A program made the position numbers and the translations under genes. Source: Felis catus (taxonomy: Eukaryota). Taken from it: a stretch of 64,000 nt of DNA. Shown piece after piece: positions 11,153 through 24,158 of this stretch; position 1 is the stretch's first letter, and each line of letters begins with the position of its first letter. The notes below the pieces were generated by a model. It was not told the origin of the DNA. It made no database searches and saw nothing but the letters and a program-made list of their open reading frames with translations. Where the stretch lies: contig NC_058368.1 of NCBI RefSeq assembly GCF_018350175.1, positions 8,060,001 to 8,124,000 on the forward strand, in the 5' to 3' direction.

Positions 11153-14100
11153 AGGGGTCCCCCACCCCTCATCCGCCTCCCCACCTACCCTCTTCCTCCG
11201 GGACCTGATTCCCTGCGGCTCCCGAGGGGGGCGGGGGCCGCCGGGGGGCGGGCAGCCGGGGGCCGAGCGCGCGTCGGGACGGCGTGCGAGTGCTCGCGGG
11301 GAGGCGGCCGCGGCAGGTTCAGGGTCCTTGCTCCCGTCCCTCCGGCCCCGGTCCCCTCCTCCTTCCCTTAGCGCTCAGGAAATCCTTGCAGCCTCCCTCC
11401 CTCCTCTCGGCTTACTCAGCCCTGGGGGCCGCCCGGAGCTGGGAAGGGGGACGGGGCTGGAGCTCCGCCGGCCGGCCCCGGGGGCGGAAAGTCCGATCCG
11501 TGGGAAGCTGGCCGCGCCTCCGCGACGGTGTCCTTGGCACGGAGGAGCGAGGCGCAGTCCGGCTCCCTCCTCTTCCTTGTTCTTCCCGCCCTTTCTAGCC
11601 GCCCCAGGCCCCCCTGCATGTCCCCAGGCGTCTAGGAAGGCGCCGGAGACCCTCGGGCACGAGGGACTGGACCGGGAGCATCCGAGGGGACCGGACGCTG
11701 GCCCGGCATCTTCGGGAAGACAGAGAGCCCTCTCCGATCCCTGGGGAGTGCGTCTGTGTCTTTTTCGGCCGCAGGGATGCACCCGCCCAAGTCATTTCCT
11801 AAACCCCTTGCTTCCTAGAAGCAAAACAAGGAATAACATCATGATACCTTTTTAAAAGCTGAGGCGTGAAACTGCTCCTGCAACTCGTGTGGGCCGAGCA
11901 CTTGGGCTTTATTTCCTAAAGGCTCGAGAAAGAAAAAAAAAAAAAGAATCTTTCTGATGGCAGCTTGCTCCGCCAGATGAGTGACTGCGGCTCTTGGAGC
12001 AAAACCCGACATTAACTTGAGGCACCAGATCATTTGCCATGACACCAATTATGTCCCCATTACCTCCAAGGCCGGCCGAAATCGCCCCAGACTCTACCGA
12101 ACGGCGGCCGGGTCTTGTCTTTGTAGATGCCGCTGGTTGGTTCTGGTTGGTTCTATCGGAACCTGCCAGGGAGCCGGTCTTGATCAAAGGGACTGTGGTG
12201 GCCCCTAAACGGGGACCAGCGACTCCTTCAGTAGAACTGGACTACCTCCCGTCCTGGGAAGGTTGGGCAACCCGAGGTTGCCACACCTGTGGGCGGCTGA
12301 GCGAGGACAGGTCCCCGGACACCCGCCGCCCTGGGTGCAGGAATCGCTCAAAGCTGCACCTGGCGAGCCGCAGTCCCTGGTGGTTCAGAAGAAAGAAAGA
12401 CGGCGTGGAGTCACAGCTCCGTGCCAGCCTCACCAGCCCCTTCTGTGTTTCCAATGTTCCTCACCACTCTCCCCGGCTCCTTTTTTTTCCCCCCTCTGCC
12501 TGGCCCAAGCCCGACTCCTGGAAAACCACGGATTATTCATTGCGTGAGCAGTTAATAAATACGGATTGCTGGAAGTTGACCCCTGATCCTTCTGCAACAA
12601 GTCTCCCAGCCCTGGTCCCAGTCCTGGACACACTGGGAGAGCCAAGGTGTCCCTCTGCCCCACTTCAGATCTGCTGGTCACTCCCAGGCCCCCTCCCGAG
12701 GAGAAGCATTCAGCCTTGACCCCCTTCTGCAGCACCTCCCAGAGCGCAGGCATCGTGCTGAGGCGAAAAACATCCAGATGGGAAGATGTCATCTCTGCCT
12801 TCTAAGGAGCTTAGAACTTGGAGAGGAGGTTGATAGATCAAGAGGCCATGACAATACAGTGCAGGGATCACCCTGTGCGGGGATCCTCCACGGGCACAGA
12901 GAAGCGGTGGTCTGTCCTGAGAGTTCAGGAGACCTTCTCCAGGACACACGCTGAGCTGACCCTGGAGCAGACTAGTCCATAGTACAACCTGCGAACCTTT
13001 CATTCAGCTTTAAAAATGCCATTTGGTTCTTTAAACACCCAGAGAGACAGCACTCTACATGCCTGCCGCCAGAAATAAGTTTATATCAAGTTTATTTGTG
13101 AAGCCGGAACAGGTGTTGGTTGGACAGCCGAAACTACCTTCGTCATCTTAAGACACGTTGCATAATTACTTAAAGTTAAGGGAGTCCTGGTCAAATCAAT
13201 ATACCTTCATGTGTACCACATTCATTCTGCCTGAAAAGTGGTCCTCCACAAATTCCTCAACTGTTCTTTGGGAAAGTTGCAGGCTTTTAATTATAGTCGG
13301 CAATTTTTTTTCCCCCTGCTTCTTTATTTTGGTAGCTGGGCTAGCCTCCTCACAAAGAATTCAAGACACGACAAGGGTTTGCTCATGATTTCATTTTAGC
13401 TCACATTTTAACATTTAGAAAAAAAGCAAAAATGATGGGGAATAAAGGTATGGCTCTCAGCTCCCCTCCCTCCAAAGAGATAATGCCTTTGAAGGAGGAT
13501 GGGTTACCGGCACTCTTCTAACTAAACCAGTAACGAAAGCGGTTTTCTAGATAATCGGGATGGAGAAGATCAATTTCAACATGCCTGGTGGGTATAAAAA
13601 GCTATTGAAGTGGGCGATCTGCTTGCTTCCTGCTCACACACAAAAGAACACTTCACCTCCTGCAAAACCAGACACTCTCTCTCGTTATCAGCTACAAACA
13701 TTCTCTTGAGGATTCTTTCCAGTCCCTATTCAGAGGCTCAGTGTTGGTAAAACCAACAGCTTTAATATTCAAGACTGCATAAGAGTGTGGTGGCACCAGT
13801 GTGAGAGGCAGGAGGGTGGCCAAGGCCTCATCTTCTCGTCGGGGACCAAGTGTGGAGCTGCTCAGCTTATGGGCACTGGGGCTTCATCACGAATTTCATC
13901 CTTACCTGTGCTAGGTAGCTTCAGAGCAAAGAGAGATGATATTCCTTGGCTGCACACTGCACAGCAGCAACGGGTATGGTTGGCTATAAGGACCAAATGA
14001 TTTTATAAAACCCTCTGTGTTACATGAACCTCCCCCCCCCCCACCGCCCCACCTCACAGGGCATATTCACTCCAGTTTGCTGGGTCTAAGAAGCACATGC

Positions 14101-14487
14101 TCACACACCACACGTAGCAAGCTCCTTGGCTAAGCACACCAGGCAGGCACATTTAGGATTTGATTTGACAGATGCTTCTAAGTTCTGACGGGGTTCCCCG
14201 GGGGACACTGGCCAAGGCCAACATCCTGGCTCCTCTCCTTCCCACTACCCTTGCTTCACTCTCTTCCTGATCACCTGCTCCTCACGTAGGTTGATGCTGA
14301 TGCTGGTTTTCTCCTTTTGATTTACTCAGGGTTTCCTCTTCTTTTTGAGGCTGGTTAACCGTTCAGAGAAGGGATGGAGAGGGAGATTAACTTTGGGGTG
14401 GAGGTGAGGGAGACGGAGGGGCCAAAGAGAACTCCAGGGCTCCCAGGAGGACTTGAAAGTGGCTGAGCCTTGCCAGGATGGGACATT

Positions 14488-14815
14488 GGGGGGGGGGGGT
14501 GCTGGGGGGTGGGGGAGGACGGAAAGAGGGAGAGCAAGGGGGGAGGGTAACCGAGAGGAGTGGGGAGGAGAAAGAAGGGGACGAGGAGGGGGAGGAGAGA
14601 GGGAGGGGAGGGGCAGGGGTAAAGGAGAGGAGGGGAAGGAGGGAAGAGGGGAGGAGGAAGGTTAAAGGAGAGAAGGGGGAAAGGAGAAGGAGGCTAGGGG
14701 GAGAAAAGAGGAAGGAAGGAGGAAGGGGAGGGGTGGGGATAAAGGAGAGAAGAGGGGAGGGGAAAGAAAGGGAGGGGGAGAAGAGGGAGAGGAAGGAGGG
14801 GAGGGGTGGAGAGGA
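14488..14815 (+). repeat. GA-rich polypurine low-complexity tract
   Basis: ~330 nt almost entirely G/A on the plus strand. Confidence 0.9.
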
Positions 14816-17800
14816 CTTGACTTTAGCCCGGCTGAGGTGAGTGGGCAATTGAAAGCAACGTACTTCATTTCCTCCTGAGCCAAGGCAGGGTTTGAAGTGA
14901 TAGTCTGGCTCGGGTCCAGACCTTTGAAGGAAGTGGAATTCATCATCAGATTGCTGGCCCTAACACTGAACAAAAATCTCTTCTATCGAAACGTAATGTC
15001 TGAGGTTCGTCTAGTGGCTGGGCTACGGCTAGGGAGTTTACCGAAAGCCATGAATCCAACGTCCACTTGTGGGTGCGTAGGGGTGATGGGCAGAGTTACA
15101 GGTCTTCAAGCCTTCCATTTTTCAAAAGTTCTCCTAACCCCAGGCACAGCCTCGGGGCAGGTCTGCTGGCGACGCCAGTGGAAGACCATCCCTTTCCTTC
15201 CTGCGTCTCTTCCAGGCTCCTCCCAGCCGTACTTCAGTCTCAGCTACAGCCCAGGACGCCGGGGCCACCCTGCCCCAGCCCACGGGCCCATGTGAACCAG
15301 TCGGCTGGAATGCAGAAACTCTGCCGTTTTCTAAGTCATCATCAGAGGCACAATCTGGCAAATCGGCCTTTTGTGAGACAGAGAGATCCCCATCTCACCT
15401 AACCCTACCGGGGAGGGAAGAATTGAGTGTCGTCAGTGGCTTCGGGCTCTTTCTGTTGACAAGAAGAATCGTCCCTAAAATCGAGTTCTAGCTAAATTGA
15501 GAACACAGTTTCCAATTAGTACCCGAAAGACACATCAGGAACGGCCTTCGGTAATTTTCAGATTGCTAGATAACTTTGTGTCTAGACTTCTATATTAAAA
15601 ATTTCCTCGTTCTCACTGTTTCTGTACTTTGGAGTACAACTCTGTCAACAGAAGAGAAGAAAAACGTTAGTGTCAAGATATGACAAACAAATCTTGGGTT
15701 TTGGACTTAAAGCTCGTTGGTGTCCAAAGCCCCAAGAACCGTGAGATCCGTGACCTGAGCCGCAATCAAGGGCAGGATGCTTAAACGACTCAGCCACCCG
15801 GGTACCTTTCTTAAATGTTTCTTGATAAATGTTTCTCAATAAAACGCCTTTTTCTTTCTTTGTCTGACATTGAAAACCCAAACTCTCAGCCCAAAGTAAG
15901 TTTTAGGATCTGAGCCTAGGAAAAAAGTGAAGCTAGAGGGAAAAGAGGGACAGTGAAATATTGCCGGGACCTGAGGCTAGGTTTCATGGCTAGCCGTGAG
16001 GACCTGTGTCCTTCGCATGAGTTTTCAGCAAATCCAAAGTTTGCTGATGAAGAGGTATGAATGAGTGGAAAGCAATCACGGGGGAGACAACTCACAGTTT
16101 TAAAAATCCACTTAATTTGAAAGGTAGTGCGGTGCTAAGAAGTAACAGATAAGTAGAAACAAGGTCGAAAGTGAAAAAAGAAGAAAGAAAATAGGAACAT
16201 TGCTTTAAAAGGAAAATACCGTCAAATGACAGAGAGGAAATGCACACGCTTTGACAAAATCCCTTTTCCTCCTGATATTTATTAAAAATTGTGGATAGTG
16301 ATATTATTGAAAAGACATTTAACACCATGTTTTTAAAGACAAGGATCTGTTGGCAAGCATCCGAGACCATTTTAGAAACAGGAAGACAATATTGCAAGAC
16401 AATTGGCCATTTGTTCTAGAACGTATGAAGAAAAAAAAAAAGAGGTTCCAATGGAGAAAGGAACCCCACAAGACTGACTGGTGGAGAGAAAACATAAAAT
16501 TGTAATTTTACAATAAACTTAACATAAAATATTAAGGTACAAACGGACAGGTGATTTACTCCAGCTGTCTGATCTGATGGTGAGGAAATAGGCAGAGAGG
16601 TGATGGGCTCGGACTGTCCCCTGACACTCACCTCACCCTTCTGGTCTTGTAAAACCAAGCCTATCAGACAGAAGGAGAGAAGACCCATGGCTTCATCCAC
16701 TGGGTCAGTGTGAGATGATGTGACAACCCAGTGAAAGGAAGAATGATTCTGCCTGCAAGTTCATATGTCAGTCAGATGAAGGTCACCCAAACTCAGACAG
16801 CAACATAAAACTAAGCGAGAGCAAAGAGCTCCTACTCGTATGGGGGGTATGTTGCGTGCGGCTTCCCGGGGCCACCTGCCCGGGGTTCCCTGCCCCTTGC
16901 TGGAGATATGACCTTGAGCAAAGCACTTAACGTCTTTGGGCCCCCGCCTTACTCTGCATAGCAGGGATGACATAATATGGCTGTTGGGAAGGTTAAAAGA
17001 GGAATCCAGAAAAGAATTGATAATAGTGCCCGGATTGAAATAAATACCGAGTAGATGTTAGCTGTCATTACCTTAGTAATGTTTGGCATGACTCTTTGCA
17101 CGTTCCTTCCCTAACCCTCCCACACCTGTCTCCATGGAGGTTGGCTGTACTTTTGGCCTCAAATTCCAGGTCTCCCTTGGGCCTGGGCCTTGAATGGCCC
17201 AACCCATTGTTTAGACTTACTAGCTTTGTCCTTAAAGGTAGCCTCTCTTTTCCTTACTCCAAGGCGGTATTGGAGAGCCTGCTTCTTGTCCAACTTCAAG
17301 TGTCCCTTGATGCTTAGAGCCTCCAGTAGCTGGCCTCATCCTCTGGCTGGGAGCCCTTGGCTGGCTGTCTGCGGGGATCTGACCCTAATAACTGTTCCAT
17401 TTCATGGCCATCCCTGCAGGGATCAGGTCACACTGTTTCCCTGCCTCCTTTCCTTTCCATCCTGTCCTGGTCCGGCTGCCCATCCTTTCTCCATGGGCCT
17501 CTGCTACTGAAGTCCCAGCATAAAATCCTAAGCTTTCTGTAAGAAAACCCACCAGCTCCTTTAATAAGCAAAAACCTTCACCCACCACAGTCCACCATGA
17601 AGGGAGAATCTCATCTGGGAGAAACTCCCACCCCCACCCCCATTCTCCTCTCGTCCTGAGATCTTCTTTCCTTAGGTTTTCTACGAATCGCCACCACCAC
17701 CGTGGAGCTGGTCCTCAAGGGCCCAGTGCTGCCCTGTAGCACTCCAGGAGTGGGGAAGCAAGCTTCCTTTAACTTCCTTCAGCAGAGCGGAAACTGACCG

Positions 17801-18605
17801 GAATCATTATGAGGACCCTCGGGAAGGCTCAGGCAGGCCAGCGGTGGATGTGGCCTGTCCCTCCAGAACCCATGGGATACTCTCCTCCTGCCCCCGTTCA
17901 ATCATCCCACATGATCTGACTGAGCTCTGGGACCGGAGGGAATCCACAGGTAAAAGGCTTCAGTAAAAAATCCAGACAGGGCAGAAGGTGACGGGCTGCT
18001 GACCTGCCTGGACCTCCGTGGCCACAATCCCTCTTGCTGAGCTGGGCAGGCTGCAGCTTGCTTTTGCTTTTGTTTATTTGGTTCTCTGTGCTTAAAATGT
18101 TCTCCCACTTTAAAAATGGTAGTATAGGAGGAAAGAGTTGGAATCCTGTGACTTCAGTGTCTAGAAGGAGCAGCGATTATAAACAACCACTTAAAGTATG
18201 ATTTGAGTTTAGAAAAGCCCCAATGACTCATCTCTTATAAACGAAGAAAACGAAGTCCCAAAATATTAAGCAATTTTATATTTTATATTTGGCGTGACTA
18301 AAGCCACGTCACCAAGTTAGTGGTACATCAGTAGGAGACACCGGGTTTTCCTCTACAGCCATGGTGTGCAGCTTTGCAGATAAGGAGTCACTTAAAAAAG
18401 GAGGTCTTGTATTTTGTCCTGTATGGTATTTGTCAACATTAATAGTGTTAGGCAATTCAAGGAGCTTGACCACACCTAAAAGTCAGACAGTGTACAACAG
18501 GCCCCTAGGAGCACCATTCGCTGCGTAGGAGAACCCTCTAGGACCATGCAGGAAATTTCCAGACTGCCGGTCTGGTCCCTTGACACCAAAAGGAAGACCA
18601 ACTCT

Positions 18606-18728
18606 GGGGCGCCCGGGGGGCTCATTCGGTTGAGCGTCGGCTCTTGACTTGGGCTCGGGTCATGATCTCATGGTTCATGAGTTCGCACACCACATCTGGC
18701 TGTGTGCTGGTGATGTGGAGCCTGCTTG

Positions 18729-18778
<50 letters not shown>

Positions 18779-18846
18779 CCTCCCCCACTTGCCCATGCAC
18801 TCTTTCTCTCTCTCAAAAATAAATTTAAAAACTTCAAAAAAAAAAA
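18606..18846 (+). mobile_element. CAN-SINE with long (CT)n
   Basis: Typical head, (CT)~20 and A tail; TSD aaaaggaagacc..ctct. Confidence 0.9.
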
Positions 18847-19402
18847 GGAAGACCGCCTCTGACCGCAAAGGGGGACACGAAGATCTCAGTCTTAGGAGGA
18901 AGGTATATTAGGAAGGCAGGGGACCCACCCCGCCAAGAGCAAAGGCACACACCCCAGCCTGGAGTTGGAGTCCCTGAGGACTGCTGATGTGCGGCCCCCT
19001 ACCTCCACAGGTGCTTGGCTTAACTGCGACTCGACCTCAGGGAGTGCTGGAAGACAGGGTCTCGGTGTGATCCCTGAGACGAGACGTGTAACCCTCAGGT
19101 CCTCTAGTGTGTCCAAAGGACTTGTCATTATTTCCTCATGCTGGGACCTTCCACCTGCGTGTGACACGCCCTGACAATCCCCATCTGCCTGGTTAAGCTC
19201 TCACCCCCTAGACAGTTCGTGGCCCAAGTGCCATCTGCACTCTGAAGACTTTCCCGAGCACCCCAATCAGCTGGACCCCGCTACCCCCCCCCCAGAACAC
19301 CCAGCTCTGAGCTTTTATGTTGCACCTTCTTGTTTAGAGACTATAGGGAAACGATGAGAGGATGCTTTTAGGATTTAAATGCTTGTTTAAAAAGCAAATA
19401 TA

Positions 19403-19760
19403 GGGGTGCCTGGCTGGCTTAGATGGAGGAGCAGGTGACTCTTGATCTCGGGGTGGTGAGCTCGAGCCCCACATTGGGCGTAGAGATTGCTTAAAAATAA
19501 AATATTAAAAAAAATAAAATAGAGGTGCCTGGGTGGCTCAGTCGGTTAAGCGTCCGACTTCGGCTCAGGTCACGATCTCACGGTTGGTGAGCTCGAGCCC
19601 CGCGTCGGGCCCTGTGCTGACAGCTCGGAGCCTGGAGCCTGCTTCGGATTCTGTGTCTCCCTCTCTCTGCTCCTCCCTGCTCACACTCTGTCTCTTTGTC
19701 TCAAAAATAAGCATTGAAGAAAATTAAAAATAAATAAATAAAATAAAAATAAATAAATAA
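19403..19760 (+). mobile_element. Two tandem CAN-SINEs (old short SINEC with a younger one in its A tail)
   Basis: Heads at 19403 and ~19522; a single TSD aaaaagcaaatata flanks the pair. Confidence 0.88.
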
Positions 19761-20749
19761 AAAGCAAATATAATGGATATACAGTTAGGCATGCTTTGGT
19801 TGCAAGGAACAATGTACCCAACGTTAATGAGATGAAGGCAAAATTTATTTATCTCACAGAGCAAGGAGTCTGGGGAAGGCCGTTGGATGTGATGATCCAC
19901 AATGCTACAAAGTACCCAAGCAAGCTGCCTCCGTCTTTCTGCCCTGCTATCTCTGATGTTGCTTGATGGTTACAAATTGATTTGTTAAACTATAGTCAAA
20001 GCAGGCAGTGGGGCAAAGCGGTCTTCTCCTTGGCAGGCTCTTATCAATTAAGAAACAATCTCCCATCAGCTACCCAGAAGAATCCCCTTTATGTCTCATT
20101 GGCCAGAACCGGGTCATATGTCAACATTTAGACCGATCGTGGGCAACGGGGAATAGCGTTCACTTCACTGGCTTTGGCCAATCAAGATTAATTACCACCC
20201 TCACCCCTGTCTGCCCAACAAAAACTACTGGTCAGGGGGTGCTTGGGTGGCTCAGTCGCTTAAGCCTTCAGCTCAGGTCACGATCTCAGGGTTGGGGAGT
20301 TCGAGCTCTGCGTAGGGCTCTGTCCCTCTCCTAGAACAAAGGATCTCCTTTAGGCTGCCACCAACTAGACCAAGATCAGAGATCTCTTAGTGACCAGGAG
20401 GGAGACAAATTATCTTTTGTGTAAGCATCAACCTCAGCTAGAGTAAGTACATGGATAGCCACTGATATAGGACACATGAGAGCCATAACAATTGACCTTC
20501 CTAACCCCTGTGAATGCCTTTTGACTTTCAAGCCTTCCTCAAATCTAGCCAGACATACATATGTCATCGTATCTCCTGTTTATTTACTTCCATCAAGATT
20601 CTTACTTCCTCTATGCTAGCCCATTCATTGCCCCAGAACACACTATGTCGTTCATTCATTTATTCCATAGGCATTCCATGAGCATTCATTGAACGCCTGT
20701 CAAGTTCTGGGCATTAGATGAGAGCTATTCTCTAGAAAATGGTAGTGCA

Positions 20750-20985
20750 AGGGCACCCGGGTGGCTCAGCTGGTTAAGCGTCTGACTCTTGGTTTTGGCT
20801 CAGGTCGTGACTTCACAGTTTCCGTGAGTTCGAGCCCCACATCTGGATCTGTGCTGGCAGCACAGAGTCTGCTTGGGCTTCTCTCTCTCTCTCTTTCTCT
20901 CTGCCCCTTCCCTGTTCAAGCTGTCTCTGTCTCTCTCAAAGTAAATAAATAAACTAAAAAAAAAAAAAAAAGAAAGAAAGAAAAT
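20750..20985 (+). mobile_element. CAN-SINE
   Basis: Head, CT-rich body and A tail; TSD agaaaatggtag. Confidence 0.9.
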
Positions 20986-21167
20986 GGTAGAACAACAACC
21001 AAGAGAGACCTGTCTCTGGACGACACAAAGGAAGCCCTGAACCATCTACTTCTTCTAGATTGTTTCATGAGAAAAAATAACATACCTTTTTTTCTTTTAT
21101 TGAGCCACTGTATTTTTGAATCTCTTAGACTAGGCCCTAACTACTATAAAAGTCCCTCCAGATTACT

Positions 21168-21549
21168 TGTCACAGGCTGAATGGCGGTCCCTCAACATTC
21201 ATATGTTGAAATCCTGACTTCCAGTATCTCAGAATGTGATTATACTGGAAGATAAGGTCTTTAAAGAGGTAACTAAAGTTAAATGAGGTTATTAGGGTAG
21301 CCCTAAACAATACAACGGGTGTCCTTAGAAGAAAAAAAGGATTGGACACAGAAGCAAGACCATGCAAAGACACAAGGAGAGAAGATGGCCAACTACGAGC
21401 CAATGAGAGAGGAAGAAACCAACCGAAGGTTTTCCAAGAAAACCTTGATCTTGGACTTCTGACCTCCAGAGCTATGAGAAAATAAATGTCGGTTGTTTAA
21501 GCCACCCAGTCTGTGTTACCTTTTTACGGGGGCCCCACTAGACTAATAC
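21168..21549 (+). mobile_element. MLT1 (MLT1B-like) solo MaLR LTR
   Basis: tgt…ctgaat…catatgttgaaatcct…cagaatgtga…aggtctttaaagagg…gagaaaataaat…tgtttaagccacccagtctgtg…actaatac hallmark. Confidence 0.85.
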
Positions 21550-21836
21550 TACTCTTCCCTGACTCTTTCTTAATTCTTAAAACTACAATTTTATCTTCTA
21601 GTTAATAACACACAACATAAATCTTAATTTTCTAATGTTCACACCTGTGTTAAAATTTCACTAAGGGTAGGGAACATACCTTAAACTTTTATAGACCTTC
21701 TGTTGTTATTGTAATTTTGAAACTAAAAACTAGACAATCCTTTAGCAGAATTGGTAACGAAAAAAAAGACAGGACAAATATATATATATATATTATATGT
21801 AATATATTTATTTTTATATATTTATATATTATATTT

Positions 21837-22084
21837 TTAAACGTTTTAAATAAATAATAATAATTTAATATATATATATTAGTAATGACAAGGGACTCCA
21901 CAAAGTGGCTAAATATACAGGTACAGTCCGGAGTTTTAAAAAAGTCATAAGAAAATTAAACGTTTTAAATAAATAATAATAATTTAATATATATATATAT
22001 TAGTAATAGTAATGACAAGGGGCTCCACAAAGTGGCTAAATATACAGGTACAGTCCGGAGTTTTAAAAAAATCATAAGAAAATT
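21837..22084 (+). repeat. Local ~119/127-bp tandem duplication
   Basis: Copy 1 at 21837-21955, copy 2 at 21956-22082; near-identical. Confidence 0.93.
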
Positions 22085-22439
22085 CTCAACTACAGTATGC
22101 AAATCATTTTGAAAGCTTAAGCTTGTAAGTGATTAAGCAATTACTTGCAGGGAAAAAATACAAACGTGGACCGGTTTTGCATGGCCATGTCTTGGTTAAA
22201 ATGAGAGATGAGATTTATAGCAAAGCATGTCCCTCCTTTAATACCTAGAGGAAAAAAACCATGCAAACCATCCCCAAAATATGTGGTAACAGCAGACAGG
22301 CAAGGACAGAATTACAACTTACTGAAATACACTTCAACTATCAGGAAGGGGGGAGAGGCGGGACCTTCTGGAGCATGACAGAGAAGCACAGCGAGCCTAG
22401 GCTTCTAATTCCACCCCTCCACCCAAAACCATACCAGTG

Positions 22440-22472
22440 ATGGCTTCTCGGCCTTTTGGCTAAGATCAAGTG
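22440..22472 (+). pseudogene. 3'-truncated U2 snRNA retropseudogene (nt ~1-33)
   Basis: ATGGCTTCTCGGCCTTTTGGCTAAGATCAAGTG matches the U2 5' end (ATCGCTTCTCGGCCTTTTGGCTAAGATCAAGTG) with 1 mismatch. Flanked by degenerate direct repeats at 22425-22439 and 22474-22488. Confidence 0.9.
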
Positions 22473-23943
22473 CAAAGCCATACCCGCGAGTAGACAAATC
22501 CTAAGAATTCTTACTGATAACCCCCGTGAATACCCACCGGGGAGGACAAGCTACGCAAACACCCTCACCTTTTCCCCCTTCTGTCTGACAAACAGCGACA
22601 ACAGAGAAACAAGTGAGCACATCACAAGAAACAGTCTCAAATCTGAGAACATTCTCCTCATGGGCCTTGGGATTCCTGGTACCGGCATTTTAACAAGAGC
22701 TCAGAAGAGAGGAACCGATCTCATAGCCTAACAAATACTATTTAGCACCCCAGAGAAACTCTTCCTTTCCCACTCTCCCCTCATTCCTGTTAAACAAACA
22801 AACAAACAAATATGCAAAGCTCACCGTCAAACTATAACTTGGAGGAGAAAAACTGTTTTTAGATACAGTGGAGAAGGAGCAAAAAAGTCACCCACTTTGT
22901 AACAGAGAAAATACAAGGTCTGGACGGAAGCGCTCAAGATTAAAAAAAAAAACAACAAAAAACCAGCGTGACCACTATGCAAATTTGCTGCATGAGGGAA
23001 GGAAAGAAAAAAAAACAAGAGGAAGAGACGCAACAAGCAGGCACAAGACCAGCAAAGAACCAAAATTAGGAGAAAACTTCCCTCAAATAGAAGAAGAAAA
23101 CTCTTCCTGATCTCTTTACACAAGGGAATAATTCTTTTTTAAGCCCGTGAATCAATAACACAAGGGCTCACAGATCATACGGGAAGCGTGGAGAAGATAA
23201 TGCTAGATGTTCACCACATCTCGGGTCATTTCCTTCTTCCCAGCACACAGGCGTTTCGCATTCCTTTGCCTTTCTTGTAGCCACTACGGCCATCTGACAA
23301 GTTCTGGGTGAGAAGTGTACATTCTAAATAGCAAACGTAAACGACATGTGTTCATTCCAGGCCAATTGCAGAGAATTGGAGGTCAGCAGATATGCGTTCT
23401 TCACGCTGTCATTTCTCTGGCCACAGCAACTTAGGCTAGGACAAGGCTTCTGAGATGCAGAATATCTTGGGCTCTGAGTTCTCTCCGGAAAGGAACCACC
23501 CTGGAAAGCTGTCAGCCTTCAGCTAACTTTGCATGAGAAAGAAAGAAACCTATACGTGATCAATTTAGGAGAAGCTGTGGCCAGTTAGTTACTTAGTTAA
23601 TTACTTAGTCAGTAGCCTCACCTAGCCCAGCCTAATATTCTTGAAACAACAGAATGAAATTTAAAAAGAATCTGCCCACACAAGAAAACCAACACATAAA
23701 TAGCTATATACATTAGGAACGAAAAGAACAGACCGATACCATTGAAAACCTAATTGTTAACATAAAGGAAAGTCTTGAAATCGTGGAAAAAATACATATG
23801 TAACAGAACAACCATATGAGAGCAACTGATGAGAACACAGGGAAGTGAGAAGATTAACTGATTCCAACGTAAGACAGTTGATGTCCCTGAAGTAGAAAGT
23901 GTTTGAAAGATTAAAAATTAAAGTAATCTTTAAAAATGAAAGA

Positions 23944-24108
23944 GGGGCACCTGGGTGGCCCAGTCGGTTAAGTGGCCGTCCGCCTCGTGACTTCGGCTCA
24001 GGTCACGATCTCACAGTTTATGAGATCAAGCCTCACGTTGGGCTCTGTGCTGACAGTACAGAGTCTGTTTGGGATTCTCTCTCTCCTGCTTTCTCTGCCC
24101 CTCCTCCA

Positions 24109-24158
<50 letters not shown>

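Larger units (their letters stand above)
9600..11800. promoter_or_regulatory. FLT1 promoter CpG island
   Basis: Very high GC and CpG density spanning promoter, exon 1 and the first ~1.1 kb of intron 1. Confidence 0.92.

Noticed and set aside
9465..11855. Long overlapping ORFs (409, 364, 325, 242 aa, etc.) across the FLT1 promoter
   Set aside because: Pro/Arg/Gly/Ala-rich products expected from stop-poor CpG-island DNA in all frames. Only the 64-nt exon matches a known protein.
14387..14973. Low-complexity ORFs (Pro/Ser/Leu- or Gly/Arg/Glu-rich)
   Set aside because: Derived from the GA-rich tract.
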